DNA of 64,000 nt from positions 930,001 through 994,000 of the forward strand of contig OZ374566.1 of NCBI GenBank assembly GCA_977862235.1, written 5' to 3'. The position numbers and the translations under genes are program-made. This document shows positions 10,102 through 22,390 of the stretch, piece after piece; positions within the stretch are counted from its first letter, which is position 1, and each line of letters begins with the position of its first letter. The notes under the pieces were generated by a model. The model was not told the DNA's origin. It saw only the letters and a list, made by a program, of their open reading frames with translations, and ran no database searches. The stretch comes from Dudresnaya verticillata. Taxonomy: Eukaryota.

Positions 10102-10842
10102 TCTTGTCAATCTCCGAGAAGCACAGCAGGTACTAGATGAACAACAGCACGCAACAGAAGTCAAACCAGATGGCTTTTCAGATACTTAGAATTAACTGGG
10201 ACAGAACGGGAGGCAAGCAGCACCAGTCTTTTCTTACTTCGGAATGTCCAGGTGCTCCTCTCCTTGATGAAAGCGCAATAGCCACCAAACCGCCAAAAGT
10301 CTTCCCCACGGCACAACTGTGCTCTTTTCCCTCGGAGGTGATAGTAATTTGGTCCTTTGGCTGACAATAGTGGACAACGGCAGGGCCTCACTGCAAGTGG
10401 AAAGCAAACCAAAAACTTTGGGCGAGAGTAGCATGTAACTCCGCAGTTCAGACACCTTCAGTCGATAGACTACGTAAAGTGAGGAACGCTCACCAGATGG
10501 ACCCCCTTATGCAAAATATTCATCTGCATTCACTGTTCAGAAGAAGGATTTCGTGTCCGCTTAGCAGGGTCACCAAGAGTCGAAAAAAATAAGGACACGT
10601 TCTACTGTTTGCCGACATCTGACCGTTGCCGAAGTTCTGAAGCTGTCGCGAGCCCAACATTGGTGTATGTGCAATATGCACACAGCACTACGGCTCGCGA
10701 AGTGCGCTCCAGCTCAGGATGCATTCCCCTTCGGAAGCATCACACCTTCGCCAAATACCATGAGAAACCACAGTGCGTTACCCGCCTAAACGTTCTACAA
10801 ATGGCCCTGCGTTTCCTTGGTGGGATGACTCGAGGTGAGATT

Positions 10843-11940
10843 TCAAATATCTCCATCTTGGTCATCAGAAAACCTTGGCTCAAGCGAACGCGCCTGCGAA
10901 ATCTCTACAAATATTGATGTGGCAGGAGACGAAGGTGCCCCTTCTGTCCTCTCAACCTCAAGTGAGCCTACTGGCTCTCCATCATATCCCGAAGCAGAAC
11001 TTCTACCACTCGAACCGGCGACATCCTTAAGTCCTTCTGGAAACGCTTCGGCATTACACAGACAACAAACGGCCCGACCCTTTTCTAGCCATGATCGAAG
11101 ACATTCAGAATGCGTGGCATGATTGCATGGTAGACGAGATACAGGACTGAGATTCCCACCCTCAGATTCTTCTTCCAGGCATATACAACAAGACCAACCG
11201 TCCGCATGAAGGTTTCGCACTTCCTCATCAGAAAGTTTCGCAGCCTCGACTAACGTCGATATTCTTTGCCTTGACGCGGCTATTGGAGGTCTTCTAATTA
11301 TGTGATTGACAACCTCTTCATCACGTGAGGGTGTGGGGGCCCCACCACGTCTTCTCCTTGCAACAAACGACTGTACATGCATGGCGGAATTCAAAATAAG
11401 ATTGGGGCAGCACTGTAAAAGTTCTCTCTTGAATATGCAGCTGAAGGCTAGCACGAAACAGACACCAAAGCAAGCCGACATGATAATAGCAGCTTTGCGA
11501 AGCGTGGCCGAGAAACTGGCCTGGTACTCATACGTGTTGGCCTTTCCCTCAGAAACAAAGCTGACCCCGTTCTTATCATTGTACGGATACCAGCAAGGAT
11601 GAATGGTGCCTTTCGCATATGTTTTGATAAACTCGCTCTGCTTAGAACAAAGCAAGTTCTCAGCTATGGCGTTGGCCTCAAATTCCTCACCTGTCTTGTT
11701 GGAAATGGTGCGAACCCTGATTTTTGGCTCACAGCGTGTCGAATCGGCAGCAGGGCTAGGAACTGCCTGACGTAATGAGGAACGGGTGAGACTGTTGTCG
11801 GAGTCTGGCGCAATGGAGAGAATCTCGCACCTGGCCGGTATGTAGACATGCAGCGGAAGGACGGAGATAACCACGGCAATGGCAAAGAACGAGAGCCAAA
11901 TGCCGGTCCAGCAAATAAACCTGGGATTGAAGTCAGGCAT
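10843..11940 (-). CDS. Membrane-anchored RING-H2 E3 ubiquitin ligase (TM - Cys-containing loop - TM - RING-H2)
   Basis: Two hydrophobic segments; RING-H2 CICL...LPCNHATHSECLRSWL...CCLC; ATG at 11940. Confidence 0.88.
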   Translation of the reverse strand: MPDFNPRFICWTGIWLSFFAIAVVISVLPLHVYIPARCEILSIAPDSDNSLTRSSLRQAVPSPAADSTRCEPKIRVRTISNKTGEEFEANAIAENLLCSKQSEFIKTYAKGTIHPCWYPYNDKNGVSFVSEGKANTYEYQASFSATLRKAAIIMSACFGVCFVLAFSCIFKRELLQCCPNLILNSAMHVQSFVARRRRGGAPTPSRDEEVVNHIIRRPPIAASRQRISTLVEAAKLSDEEVRNLHADGWSCCICLEEESEGGNLSPVSRLPCNHATHSECLRSWLEKGRAVCCLCNAEAFPEGLKDVAGSSGRSSASGYDGEPVGSLEVERTEGAPSSPATSIFVEISQARSLEPRFSDDQDGDI

Positions 11941-12007
11941 GTCGGGAGAGAAACGCGGCAACGGTGCGAAGCGGTAACTACACGATGGGCATCTTTCGCG
12001 GCGCGGG

Positions 12008-12009
<2 letters not shown>

Positions 12010-12045
<36 letters not shown>
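12010..12045. repeat. Poly(G) tract, 36 nt
   Basis: Homopolymer seen directly; length may be affected by sequencing error. Confidence 0.9.
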
Positions 12046-12046
<1 letters not shown>

Positions 12047-13637
12047 GCGGGGCTCTACGGCAGTCGGGCGGGGAGCGGCGTGGCGAAGCGCGAAAGGGTC
12101 AACGCAGGGCTGTGTGATGTTGGCAGGACAGAGCGTGGGTGCTTAGATGGGCATGCCGGGGTGCGAGGCGGAGATGGCGCGAATGCTTGGCCCGGGGGGG
12201 ACAGCAACAAGCTGAAAAGGGCGTGGTGTGGAGTCTGACGAGGCTGGCGAAACGACGATGCGGGTGCTATGATAACGCCTTTTTTTCCGCCGGGTTGTAG
12301 CTGGTACAGTATCATAGAGCGAGAAGAGTAACCTACAGCAGGTGGAAATCCATGAGGCTGTGCGGGGGGAAGGCAGGCCAATCAGTGAAATGTGCTTTCG
12401 CTTCGGTGAGTGATGCTTTGATGGAAAACGTCACGCTCGGATCTTCGACAACTTGTGCAGTGGAGGCCCAGCTGCACCATTGGCTGGAACGAAATCCATC
12501 TCTTCTGCGGCGCACCTCCATTGGCTGTCCTGCAGCAACTTTTTTCGGCGTTCGTGCTTCACACGATGGCCCTGACCTGGAAGGCCACAAGAATCCAACT
12601 TTTGTTCGATGTTTTCAACCATACTGACAGTTTCGGGAAAAGCCTGACGTTTTTCAAAGTTTCATTCCTCGCTGCCACTGAACACCGCTCGCAAAAATAG
12701 GCTTTTGGGCGTCAAAACCCTTACGATAGCCTTCCCTCTACGGTAACATCCAGCTCTCACGTTTGGAAAGAACCTTCGCGGATCAGAAGCATGCGCTACC
12801 GCTAGGACATTAGGAACACGCAAAAGATGTACCATCCTAGCGAGAACAAGAAGATTCCTTTGGCACACTGAGTTCGCACCAAACTACGAAAACCTGTTCA
12901 CAGAACCTGGCTTCGCTGCTTTCTCGTACCGGGCGCAAGCGATTGTGTTTACCCCCTTGCAGACGCACAAACAGCATCCACGGCAAGAGCGACTGAGCCA
13001 CCTCAAAATTTAGAACGACAATCAGAGCACCTCCAATTCTCATTTGGCGCAGGCGTCATTGTCCGTTGTATACAACCGTACAAACATTCGCGATATTGCC
13101 ACAGCCGGGGCAGGAGCACCTAATACAACTTGCCTCCGCAATACTTCCGCTCAACTCGTCTTGTCTTGAATTCACAGCACGCCCATTCATATCTTAGAAC
13201 AGCCTCCTGTCGTGCGCATGACAACGTCGTCTTGAAATGCTGGTCACACAAACCAGATACTCGGTGCCCCCAGCGGAGCCAGTGAATAGTTGCATGCCAG
13301 CTACTTCACTGCAAACAAGACTTCCAGCTCAGCCAAGTGAAGGGCAGATTCAGTAACATACCTTTTTGCTTGGGTATTTGGAGATTGGTTCAAATGAATT
13401 CGACTCACCCTTTGTCATGTTCCATGCCAAGCTCCAGCCTTGCGACGGTCACACACTGACATCTGTTTGCAGACTCCGAAGCGCAACAATTCACTTCTCG
13501 TCTATTGCCTCTCTAACTCCAACAAACGTGGTGCGAGCTCTGATTTGAGAAGAGCCACATCAAGTGTGAGGCTCAGCTGGGCGTTGATATGGCGGGAAAC
13601 TGCTTCAGAAGCCAGAAGCTTTTTCACTCGGCCTTAT

Positions 13638-13709
13638 TGTTATCTTTCCCCTTTCTAGCTAGTGTCCTAGTATTTCAGGGAAGTACCAGTAACCCCTTGC
13701 TCTGGAACA
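13638..13709 (+). repeat. Copy A of a ~72-bp degenerate direct repeat starting TGTTATC
   Basis: Aligns with 14614-14689 (tgttatc.ttcc.ctttctagct.gtgtcctagt.tttcagggaag...cccttgctctgga.ca). Confidence 0.85.
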
Positions 13710-14335
13710 TCTTCATCGCGTGAGAGTGTGGGGGCCCCACCACGTCTTCTCCTTGCAACAAACGACTGTACATGCATGGCGGAATTCAAAATAAGATTGG
13801 GGCAGCACTGTAAAAGTTCTCTCTTGAATATGCAGCTGAAGGCTAGCCCGAAACAGACACCAAAGCAAGCCGACATGATAATAGCAGCTTTGCGAAGCGT
13901 GGCCGAGAAACTGGCCTGGTACTCATACGTCTTGGCCTTTCCCTCGGAAACAAAGCTGACCCCATTCTTATCATTGTACGGATACCAGCAAGGATGAATG
14001 GTGCCTTTCGCATGTGTTTTGATAAACTCGCTCTGCTTAGAACAAAGCAAGTTCTCAGCTATGGCGTTGGCCTCAAATTCCTCACCTGTCTTGTTGGAAA
14101 TGGTGCGAACCCTGATTTTTGGCTCACAGCGTGTCGAATCGGCAGCAGGGCTAGGAACTGCCTGACGTAATGAGGAACGGGTGAGACTGTTGTCGGAGTC
14201 TGGCACAATGGAGAGAATCTCGCACCTGGCCGGTATGTAGACATGCAGCGGAAGGACGGAGATAACCACGGCAATGACGAAGAACAAGAACCAAAAGGTG
14301 GTGCAGCAAATAAACCTGGGATTGAAGTCAGGCAT
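13667..14335 (-). pseudogene. 3'-truncated duplicate of the RING-H2 gene at 10843-11940; retains both TMs and the loop, lacks the RING domain (222-aa frame still open)
   Basis: 13706-14352 is near-identical to 11311-11957; homology breaks after SRDE and the frame runs into repeat copy A. Confidence 0.85.
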
Positions 14336-14613
14336 GTCGGGAGAGAAACGCGGCGACGGCGTGGTCGTTTAGTTGGGCATGTTGGGGCGCGAGGCGGAGA
14401 TGGCGTTGTGCTTTGCCCGCGCGAGACTGGAAAAAGTTGAAGCGAATGCTCGTATCTAATAATAATGCTATTTAAGTCAGGAGACATTTGGGGTTTAGGC
14501 TCTCTACAGTTGTGCGATAACAGTAGATAAGGAGTGACATTTGCGATTGTGACGACACAGAGACGGTTGGCAAGGAAGGAACTGTACATATGCAGATCCC
14601 TCGCGCCGAGCGG

Positions 14614-14689
14614 TGTTATCCTTCCTCTTTCTAGCTTGTGTCCTAGTGTTTCAGGGAAGCACTGGTAATGTTACCCTTGCTCTGGAGCA
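14614..14689 (+). repeat. Copy B of the ~72-bp degenerate direct repeat
   Basis: Aligns with 13638-13709 with a 4-nt insertion. Confidence 0.85.
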
Positions 14690-16396
14690 AACACTGACAC
14701 AACTGAGCTACAGTAGAGTGGTTCGAAAGCTGGGCCCGGCGACGGGTTATTGTGCTTGACCTGTGGGACCGGCAACAATGTCTCCTTTCTGAGTACCCTG
14801 ATTGGTCCACAAGCCATGCACTGTTGCCACGCAACTTCTGTTTCTTTCCGACAGGGGAAGGGGAAGCAACGTTACAAGCTTTTCCTTTCTCCAGACTTCT
14901 CCCGAACCATCGCAACGCCCATAGCCTCCCAATTCTCTGAGCAGGTCAAGCAAACTTGGTAAATTTCTTTAGAAAGAATTCCAGGTGTTCTACAGGCTTC
15001 CTTCGTGACGCAACCAGATCTACTAACGCGTACGAACAAAGAGTCTTCCTGCTATCGAATCTCCCACTGCTCCTGGAATCCAGACCCACGTCATTACAAC
15101 TTGCTCACCTTCTCAAGCGATAGTGAGACCTCGTGAGATACACGGTATTGCGAAGACTTATTACCCTTCCAACTACTGGTTCTCGTCTGGGGGCAGGCAT
15201 GGGACCACTCCTTTGAAGCAGTAAGAAGTGCGGGTGGGCTTGAAAGCTGGATACTTCAGGATTCACAATCAACCATTCCATCTTAAACTCAAGTCCACGG
15301 TAGGTTGGCCCACGCTGGTCAACAAAGGCAGTCGTGCGGCCGCACGGGGTGAGCGCGGATACAGTGCTCAGAGCGTACAAACATGGAACGAGCGAGAAGC
15401 ATGTCCTACCCGGACCGAGCAATAAGCCTTATGAGACCCGCTCTCCATGCATTAAGAGAATACCATGGTCCCGTCTTCTGGAGGATGATCTAGGCCCGAT
15501 AACACAGCCACAGAGCTCAATACCGTGTTGCCGCTAGGATCCAGGCTCTCTTAACGCATACCGCTGCGCAGTGTATGCATAGCAGCTGGGCAGCATGGAT
15601 AGCCACACTTAAGCATGCGAGTATAAATTGCACAGAAATGCCGTACATCCACCGCCCACATCCATGACGGCAACATTGGCACTGATGCAGCTAGAGCATG
15701 TTCTCCTCTCGGTCCCTCGCTTCACACGTAGGTGTTGAGGATCGTAATACTGCTTCAAGAAGTCTTGCGGACTCCCAGGGGGAATGCGGGTCAACCACTC
15801 CACTGGAAGTTGCGCTGCCTCATACGTCTGGTGTATGAGCGCCCTACAAGGAGCGGTTCATCTGCTCAGGTAGATCTAGTGCTCGAGTGCGGCTGTCTCG
15901 AGTATCATTTGGTTCACTCCTTCAACTAGCCTGCTCCCTCCCAAAAATGACTCGGGTGCGATATGTCAAGTGGAGACCGTTGTGCAGGACCTGGACAAAG
16001 GCAGATGATTTGTTTTGATCTCGGGATCCGTTCAAGCGCGCCGTTCCGAGTGCCAAACGTCTACCAACCGGCGTTTTCGCTGTCCCAGGGGTGGGTACGA
16101 ATTTTCTTGCACATTTTAATCACAAAACTTCCCTTTTGTCAGATGTGAAGCTGAGATCACTCTTCTGAGATGTGGGCTGGCCAACTTCAGATTTTGCGAC
16201 GTGTCAAGTCGAAGGCTTTGTCAAACTGAAGTGGATCAACCCTGGAAACGTCCCCGTCAAGAGCCTGCTAGTCTGGCTGTGAAAATAGTCCCTGAACTCG
16301 CTGAAGTAGTACCAACAGGCAGAAGGTGCCAAGCTTGGAAGACGGAACGCATATAAGCATTGATAACGTGAAGAAGTCGATCGGAAAGGACACAAG

Positions 16397-17042
16397 ATGG
16401 ATGTCGTTGCTTTCTTGACCGCTCTCCCCGTCAAAAGGTTCAATGCCAAGAACCAGAAAACTGACGCTCCTCGCAAGTCTCCCAAGCGTTTCATTCCAGC
16501 TGCGCAACGGTGGCTACGGGACGGCTCCCTACCAGGCGTAAGCTCTCACCCCTGGGCACCGCGGGTCTATCGTCCTGTCGTTAGAAGCCAGCATGTGTGC
16601 ATGTGTTCTAACGAATCTGTTGCGTAACTCTACTCGTATATATTTCTCCATTTCATGTCTGCAGCGACCTGATGCCAAGAAGTACAAGGTTACCATCCAC
16701 GATCCGAAGAACAATAAGGTCTCGACGTTTTCAGTGCCCGAAGATCGTTACATTTGGCATAGCATTGAAGAGCTAGGATCAGACTACCCATCGTCATGCA
16801 GGAACGGGTGCTGCACAACGTGTGCCGTCAAGATCTCATCGGGAGAGGTGCACCAGCGCGAGGCTCTAGGTCTGTTAAAGGAGATGCGCGAGGATGGCTA
16901 TGCTTTACTATGCGTCAGTTATCCAAGAAGCGACGTGGAATGCACATTGCAAAAAGAGGATGAAGTGTATGTCAAGCAGTTTGGTTCAACGTTTGAGTCA
17001 GGAGGCGTCGAGTGGGGTGGCGTCTTGCCGGAAGACGACTAG
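16397..17042 (+). CDS. FdC2: Plastid 2Fe-2S ferredoxin with C-terminal extension (FdC2/Fed2-like); exons 16397-16537 and 16665-17042 (172 aa)
   Basis: CRNGCCTTC...ALLC cluster motif; EDEVYVKQFG tail; transit-peptide-like MDVVAFL; phase-0 intron gtaagc...tgcag. Confidence 0.88.
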
Positions 17043-17183
17043 GTGATTGTCGCTGCGCAGAACATCTTGATCACGAGCAAGGGTGCATCTTAGAATCTTA
17101 GTTGAGTAGTACAGGTCTGCAGTTACTTTGCGTACTTCGTCGACAAGCTGGGAGTTTCTTTACAAGCGGGAACGTTATCGCTC

Positions 17184-18167
17184 TTAAACACGGCCTTCCT
17201 CGCCCCGCGAATAGTAATCCTTATCGAAGTCATGCAACCGAACAAACCCATCCTCCCCGCCTGAGGCATACTGCTTGCCATTCGGAGAGAATGCAACTGT
17301 ATTAATTGGACCGAAGTGGCCCTTCACTCTTCCCAGTTCGTCCTCGTACACCATGTGAAATATCTTCCCCTCGAACTTTCCTTGACGGTCTCCAGTGGTC
17401 GTGACTTTACTCGCTTCCTGGCCACCGCCGAGCAAAATGTGGCTAAATATCGGCGAGATAGTGGCAGAGTTGACCGGATGATCAACTGAAAACGTCTTCA
17501 GAAGCTTGAAGTTGTGGAAACCCCATAACTTCGCTGTCTGATCCTTGGAAGCAGTGATCATCATCGTGTGGTCGGGACTGAATTGGCAGTCCTTGATATC
17601 GCCCTTGTGCGCAAGCACTGAATCAATCTCAGTAAAGTTTTCCATATCCCACTTCCGCAGCGTGCGATCCTCAGACGCAGTTAGAAGAAATTCCCCGGTG
17701 ATGTACCACAATAGGTTGGTAATCGTGCCCTCATGACCCTTGAGGACCGCAATTGGCTCGTCCGACTGCACGTCAGAATCCTTGTTGTGCTCATAGACGA
17801 ACACCTCTGAGGACTGCCCCATAAGCTTCGCCGTCGCAATAGTGATGAGGCCGTCACCCGGACTGAATGCAACGGCTCTCACCGGCGATTTAAAGTGCCA
17901 AGTGTGCAGCTTCTCGCCTGTCTCAGCCACCCAGAGAATGGCAGAGTTGTCCATAGAACCGGTGATGATACGCGTCGTATCCCAAGTGATGTCGACGTCT
18001 CGAACAGCACCATTGTGCCCCTTGTAAGTACCAATACGCTCCCCGTTAGCAGTACGCCACAGCGTTGGCGCCTTATCCATCGCAGTAGTGAAGAGAAGGT
18101 CTCCCTCCCGGTTGAACTTGACGCGAGTCAGGGGCCTTTCATGGCCCTTGAGCAGCAGAGGACGCAT
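17184..18167 (-). CDS. EIF3I: Eukaryotic translation initiation factor 3 subunit I (WD40)
   Basis: MRPLLLKGHERPLT, NGERIGTYKGHNGAV, GGGQEASKVTTT, VKGHFGPIN, SGGEDGFVRLH. Confidence 0.96.
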   Translation of the reverse strand: MRPLLLKGHERPLTRVKFNREGDLLFTTAMDKAPTLWRTANGERIGTYKGHNGAVRDVDITWDTTRIITGSMDNSAILWVAETGEKLHTWHFKSPVRAVAFSPGDGLITIATAKLMGQSSEVFVYEHNKDSDVQSDEPIAVLKGHEGTITNLLWYITGEFLLTASEDRTLRKWDMENFTEIDSVLAHKGDIKDCQFSPDHTMMITASKDQTAKLWGFHNFKLLKTFSVDHPVNSATISPIFSHILLGGGQEASKVTTTGDRQGKFEGKIFHMVYEDELGRVKGHFGPINTVAFSPNGKQYASGGEDGFVRLHDFDKDYYSRGEEGRV

Positions 18168-19219
18168 AGCGTTAAAGGGGAAAGACTGTAACGCGTGAAG
18201 CACGTGTCTCAGCCCTAGTCTGCGGCACGAATGTGGATGGATCTACACCGGAGCTCCTTGCGGTTGCCGAAGGGAGTGAGGAGAGGTCTGCTTCCGGCGA
18301 TGACTGAAGCCCAGTGCCTCTCTTGCGACGCGTCAGATGCTCAGCGGCGAAAACGCTGTGAAGACCAAAGCCGGGGGCAGAAGTCTCCTCGGGTGAGGAC
18401 CAAACCTTGCTGTTTGCGGTCGGCGGTCCCGGTCGCCGGCGGGGCCGCATCAAATTGGCCGGAAAATGTTGGAAATTTGAAACAAGTTCTTATTGGCTGA
18501 AATGCTGTGTGCCATGGCTTAGCCAGACTGTGTAGGATTGGTGCCCTTAATCCTGCCCTTTGGTGTGCCATCGAGACAAAGGCATCCTCGTTATGCTCTG
18601 AAACACGCAGTAGCATTTCGCCTGTGCCGTCAATACAGTCGTGCCTACATTCCTTTCGTTTCGTTGAATAGTTCCGCTTCACAACTCTTTGCTGCTGACT
18701 GGGTTTATAAGAAAATGAAATCCATGGCTGCGTTTATCCATTTTGAATTGCAGCTCACCGAATGAAATGTGCAATGGATTCGCTTCTGTTGGATATGCAC
18801 TGGCCGTTCACCTGGTAAAACCTTTTTCCCTTCGGTTGTGCTGCGAACAGTTGGGATATTTGCAACCAAAACAACGCATTGCGGCAGTGCAGCAGACAAT
18901 GGGTTGCAGTCACGAAAAGAAGGGCAGTCTTCCGAGAGCACAGCGCAACCGACGCAACAAGTAGTGGCTCGGTGCATTTTATGGATTTTGAGCGTACTCT
19001 GGACATTTGCTGCTCTGTACCGACTCTGATCAGGCCGTTCTCAAGAAGGTCTTGGTTTTCAAAGATCAAGCCAAGACGAAGCTATCGCCAGTTGTAATCG
19101 TGTTGATGTTGTGGTATGTTGCAAAGTATGCATGCTAACAAAGAACGCTTGTTTACTACACAAGAAAAACCCGCCCCGCAAGGTGACATTGTGACTGCGA
19201 CAACCGCAAGTCGGCTGCA

Positions 19220-20260
19220 TTAAACCGGAATGACTGGATTCATCTCCATCCTGACATTATCATGGACGATGTAAGAATACGTCCTTGGACCGCGCTGCTT
19301 CTTCCCGCCCTTTTCGGACGAAGTACGCTTCTGCCTGCTCTCCGAGTGATCGTGCCTAAGCTGATGCATTGCAAACTGTCCACGCGTTGGGTCCCTAGCC
19401 GGACCGGGCAGCGAAGTCGGAGGGGATGGTGGGGGCGGTGGAGGAGCATGCTCCTCACGAGTTGTCGGACCAGCGTCCGACGCCGAGCGCGGCACTGGAG
19501 TCTGGCGCCGCGAGTCCAAGTGGGCCGTGAGCCTGGCCTGAAAAGAGTTAGTCACCGGTTCGTTGCACAAAGGACAACGGTGGTGCGACACGAACCAATC
19601 CAGGATGCACTTCGAATGGAAGACGTGACTAACGTTGCATGGGAGCTTTCGCACAAGGTCTTTCCCATGGAACTCCTCCAGACATATGGCACAAGCTGTC
19701 TGATGCGGACACTTACCCTCAATAGATTGGGACTGCAGCGGGTCGTCGAAAGATGCATCAAGCCCCTTCCCGTCCAGAGAAGGCGGCGTCGCACCATCAA
19801 AAAGCTCCTTGACCCTCACATCTATGCCATCTCCAGCTGACTGCTCAGCGCCCTCCTCAGGCGTCTTTTGCTCACGACGGCACTCACGGCACTTGTACAG
19901 CACAGCGGGGCACTGGTTGTCAAGGGCGATGGCCTTGTCACGGACAATACGCAGCAAGCCGGGGTATATGTAGATCGGCTTAGGTGCGGGCTCCGGCGGG
20001 GCATGGGAGCGGTGAGGGAGGCGGTAGCGGTGCAGAAGCGACGCAGACGAGGCCATGCGGGAGGCTGAAGCAGTCAAGCGGGCGGCATCCGGCGGAAGAT
20101 CGTGCACCGAGGCAGACGGTGGGGGCAACTCGTGCGACGCACCGAGCACAGAGTGACGGCGGCGACGCGGGTAGCGGAACAGCCCCCCTCTCCAGAAGAG
20201 GGCGGGACGCTCGCTGCGGGCGCGACGGCGCACCGGGGCCTCCGCGGGCGGGGGCGGCAT
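19220..20260 (-). CDS. Soluble RING-H2 finger protein (probable E3 ligase); start uncertain
   Basis: CAICLEEF...[18 protein letters not shown]...CPLC; first in-frame ATG at 20260. Confidence 0.85.
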   Translation of the reverse strand: MPPPPAEAPVRRRARSERPALFWRGGLFRYPRRRRHSVLGASHELPPPSASVHDLPPDAARLTASASRMASSASLLHRYRLPHRSHAPPEPAPKPIYIYPGLLRIVRDKAIALDNQCPAVLYKCRECRREQKTPEEGAEQSAGDGIDVRVKELFDGATPPSLDGKGLDASFDDPLQSQSIEGKCPHQTACAICLEEFHGKDLVRKLPCNVSHVFHSKCILDWFVSHHRCPLCNEPVTNSFQARLTAHLDSRRQTPVPRSASDAGPTTREEHAPPPPPPSPPTSLPGPARDPTRGQFAMHQLRHDHSESRQKRTSSEKGGKKQRGPRTYSYIVHDNVRMEMNPVIPV

Positions 20261-21780
20261 CTCGCAGGGCCTCCCAGAGGGCGTGTTGCGCGGCTTAGGG
20301 GTGGGCGGGGTAGTGGGCGCCGCGCGGGATGGTAAGGGGATGAGCGCAGCTGCGCGTGCGATGTGATGGAAGCGGGCGGCGGTCCGGTGTGGGGTCGGGT
20401 GGGTGAGAGGGGAGGGCGTGGCACGCGGGTGGTGGCGGTGAGCGTGGGTGGGCTCTCTTGGAAGGAGTTGAGCTGGTTGATGGGGGGGACGCGCAAGCAT
20501 TTTGATTTACAGTGCACCTTCGAAGGGGCAGCGGGGCTTGGTTGCCGGAGGCCGGTGGCGGTCGACTCCTTCCGTGGTTTGCGCGAGTGTGTGTGGCTTC
20601 CGCCAACCGCGGGGCCATGCAGCGTGTGAGGGCACGCGTGCTGCACTGGCGCGACACACCAATTGGTCACAGTCCATCGCCGAGGCACTGTGCCACTACG
20701 CTTCGCAGACAGAGACCCGATCGGCTTGGCGCTGCGAGCAATGACGTTTCCGAGCCCAACAGTACCCCGGCAAGTCTCAAAAAAAAAGAGCTTGTTTTGT
20801 GGCGGCATCGTGTAAGCACTTCCGAACAGATGGAATCGGGCGGCAATACTGTAGATACGCCAGTTGAGCCCCTTTAGGCATATCTACGGTATCTACCGTA
20901 CTGATCGTTGGAACGAACTTGTCCCGTGTGTCCTAGCAGATACACCCGCAGTCGCGAGAACTCCCGTCCGTGTCGTAGACGCTCCAGCCCATACCATCTT
21001 CTTCTTCGTTTTTCCCTCTCGTGCAAACTCACGGTCCATGCACACGAGTTCGGTAGCCTTCCCAACGGCTTGCAACTGCAACCCCCGCTTTTTAAAAAGA
21101 AAAGCCCCATGCGCAGGACAATGATCCCTTTCACGACCATTGCCGAAGCGGTGTGCTTCAAGCCAGGTGAAGGAGGGGAATCAGCAGAATCATCTCCATC
21201 CTTGAACCCCAAGTAGCTCCATGTTGATAGAAGCTCCCACGCGTTGGCAAGCCTCTATATGAGACATCCTCAATCCCTCGTGTCGCAGCTGTCGTTCTTC
21301 TACCCATAGACGGTTGTGCTCCACTCCTTTGCCGCTGGAGGCCGACGCTCAGCAATCTTCTGATATTCCCGCCGGTTGACGGATATCTTTAACAGCAAAC
21401 AAAAAGCCGTCTCCGCTCCGAGTCCACTGCAGTGAACCACGTCCATCCACCCTCAGCGTTCTTTCACTACCAACATTAACATTACTGTCCTGCCCTATCC
21501 AAAGGTCCCATCTGCCTCCCACCATCTGAGCGTTTTCAGCAGTGTGCAGCTTCCGTTCGCGGTTGCCATCTACTCAATCTACAGTACACGGTACTGCTTC
21601 TGATACCCGTTACGGCGTCGGAAGGCTAACAAACGGCAGCCAATGATAAACCACCACCGTTCTCCTTTCTGTCCGTTCTACAGTTAACCATGTCTTGAGA
21701 CTATCAAAAATTAATAAAAACCGTGTGACTATCGTAGCTCTTTAACCATTACCTTCCACTACGGTATGTTTATTCTCAGC

Positions 21781-22390
21781 GAGAGGGGGTGTAATAATAC
21801 CCAAAATACCTGAGGAGACATGTTATTAGATACCGAGGTCCGGCGGCCAAGCCGCAGGACTCTCGGTCCTCGGTCATACGGTATCGGAGTCAGATTTAAT
21901 TCCTGACTGTCAGAAGTGATAGTCGATAGTTTCCTTTGTCTATTGAAAGAGCATCCAACAGTTATAAAGGGTTCTTTTTTGTTTCAAGGAGGGGCAGATC
22001 AGTACCTCTTTGAACAGCATTGCGTTGTGACGCTTGCTACTAGGTAAAAATACGGCAGGGCTCAAACGCTTGGGTATTGAAGTATGTACGCAAAGTACGG
22101 TAGTGAATCTCGCGTAGTATCAATTGCAGTGTGATTAGTACAATATATCGCGAAGCCACATCTAGACCCTTTCGTAGATCTTGGATGTCACAGTAGCGAT
22201 CTGACAAGGTGCGATCCTGCACCGTGTGTGTATTCAGAGCGGAACGGAACCTTGTCGTTACGCACTTGTCGCTACGCAGCGTAAGAACAGCGCAACCCCC
22301 TCTTTAGATAAGAGGAAACTTCAAAGGTAGGAGGTTCTCTAGAAAGCATAGACACCGACCAGCGTTCATTCTCTTACAATTTGGGTAACA
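21781..22390 (+). mobile_element. Possible solo or degenerate LTR
   Basis: Purine tract gagaggggg followed by tgtaata at 21790; imperfect inverted match to atttgggtaaca ending at 22390; internal tataaa; no clean target-site duplication and no coding domains. Confidence 0.25.

Noticed and set aside
9494..10189. Long antisense ORFs over real genes (also 1371-1988, 44486-45475, 51723-52301)
   Set aside because: Shadow frames expected from GC-rich codon usage on the opposite strand
12300..13600. Short ORFs between the two RING copies as transposon proteins
   Set aside because: No RT, integrase or transposase motif is recognisable
14700..15950. Possible element body or pseudogene after repeat copy B
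   Set aside because: Only fragmented frames; no family could be assigned by eye
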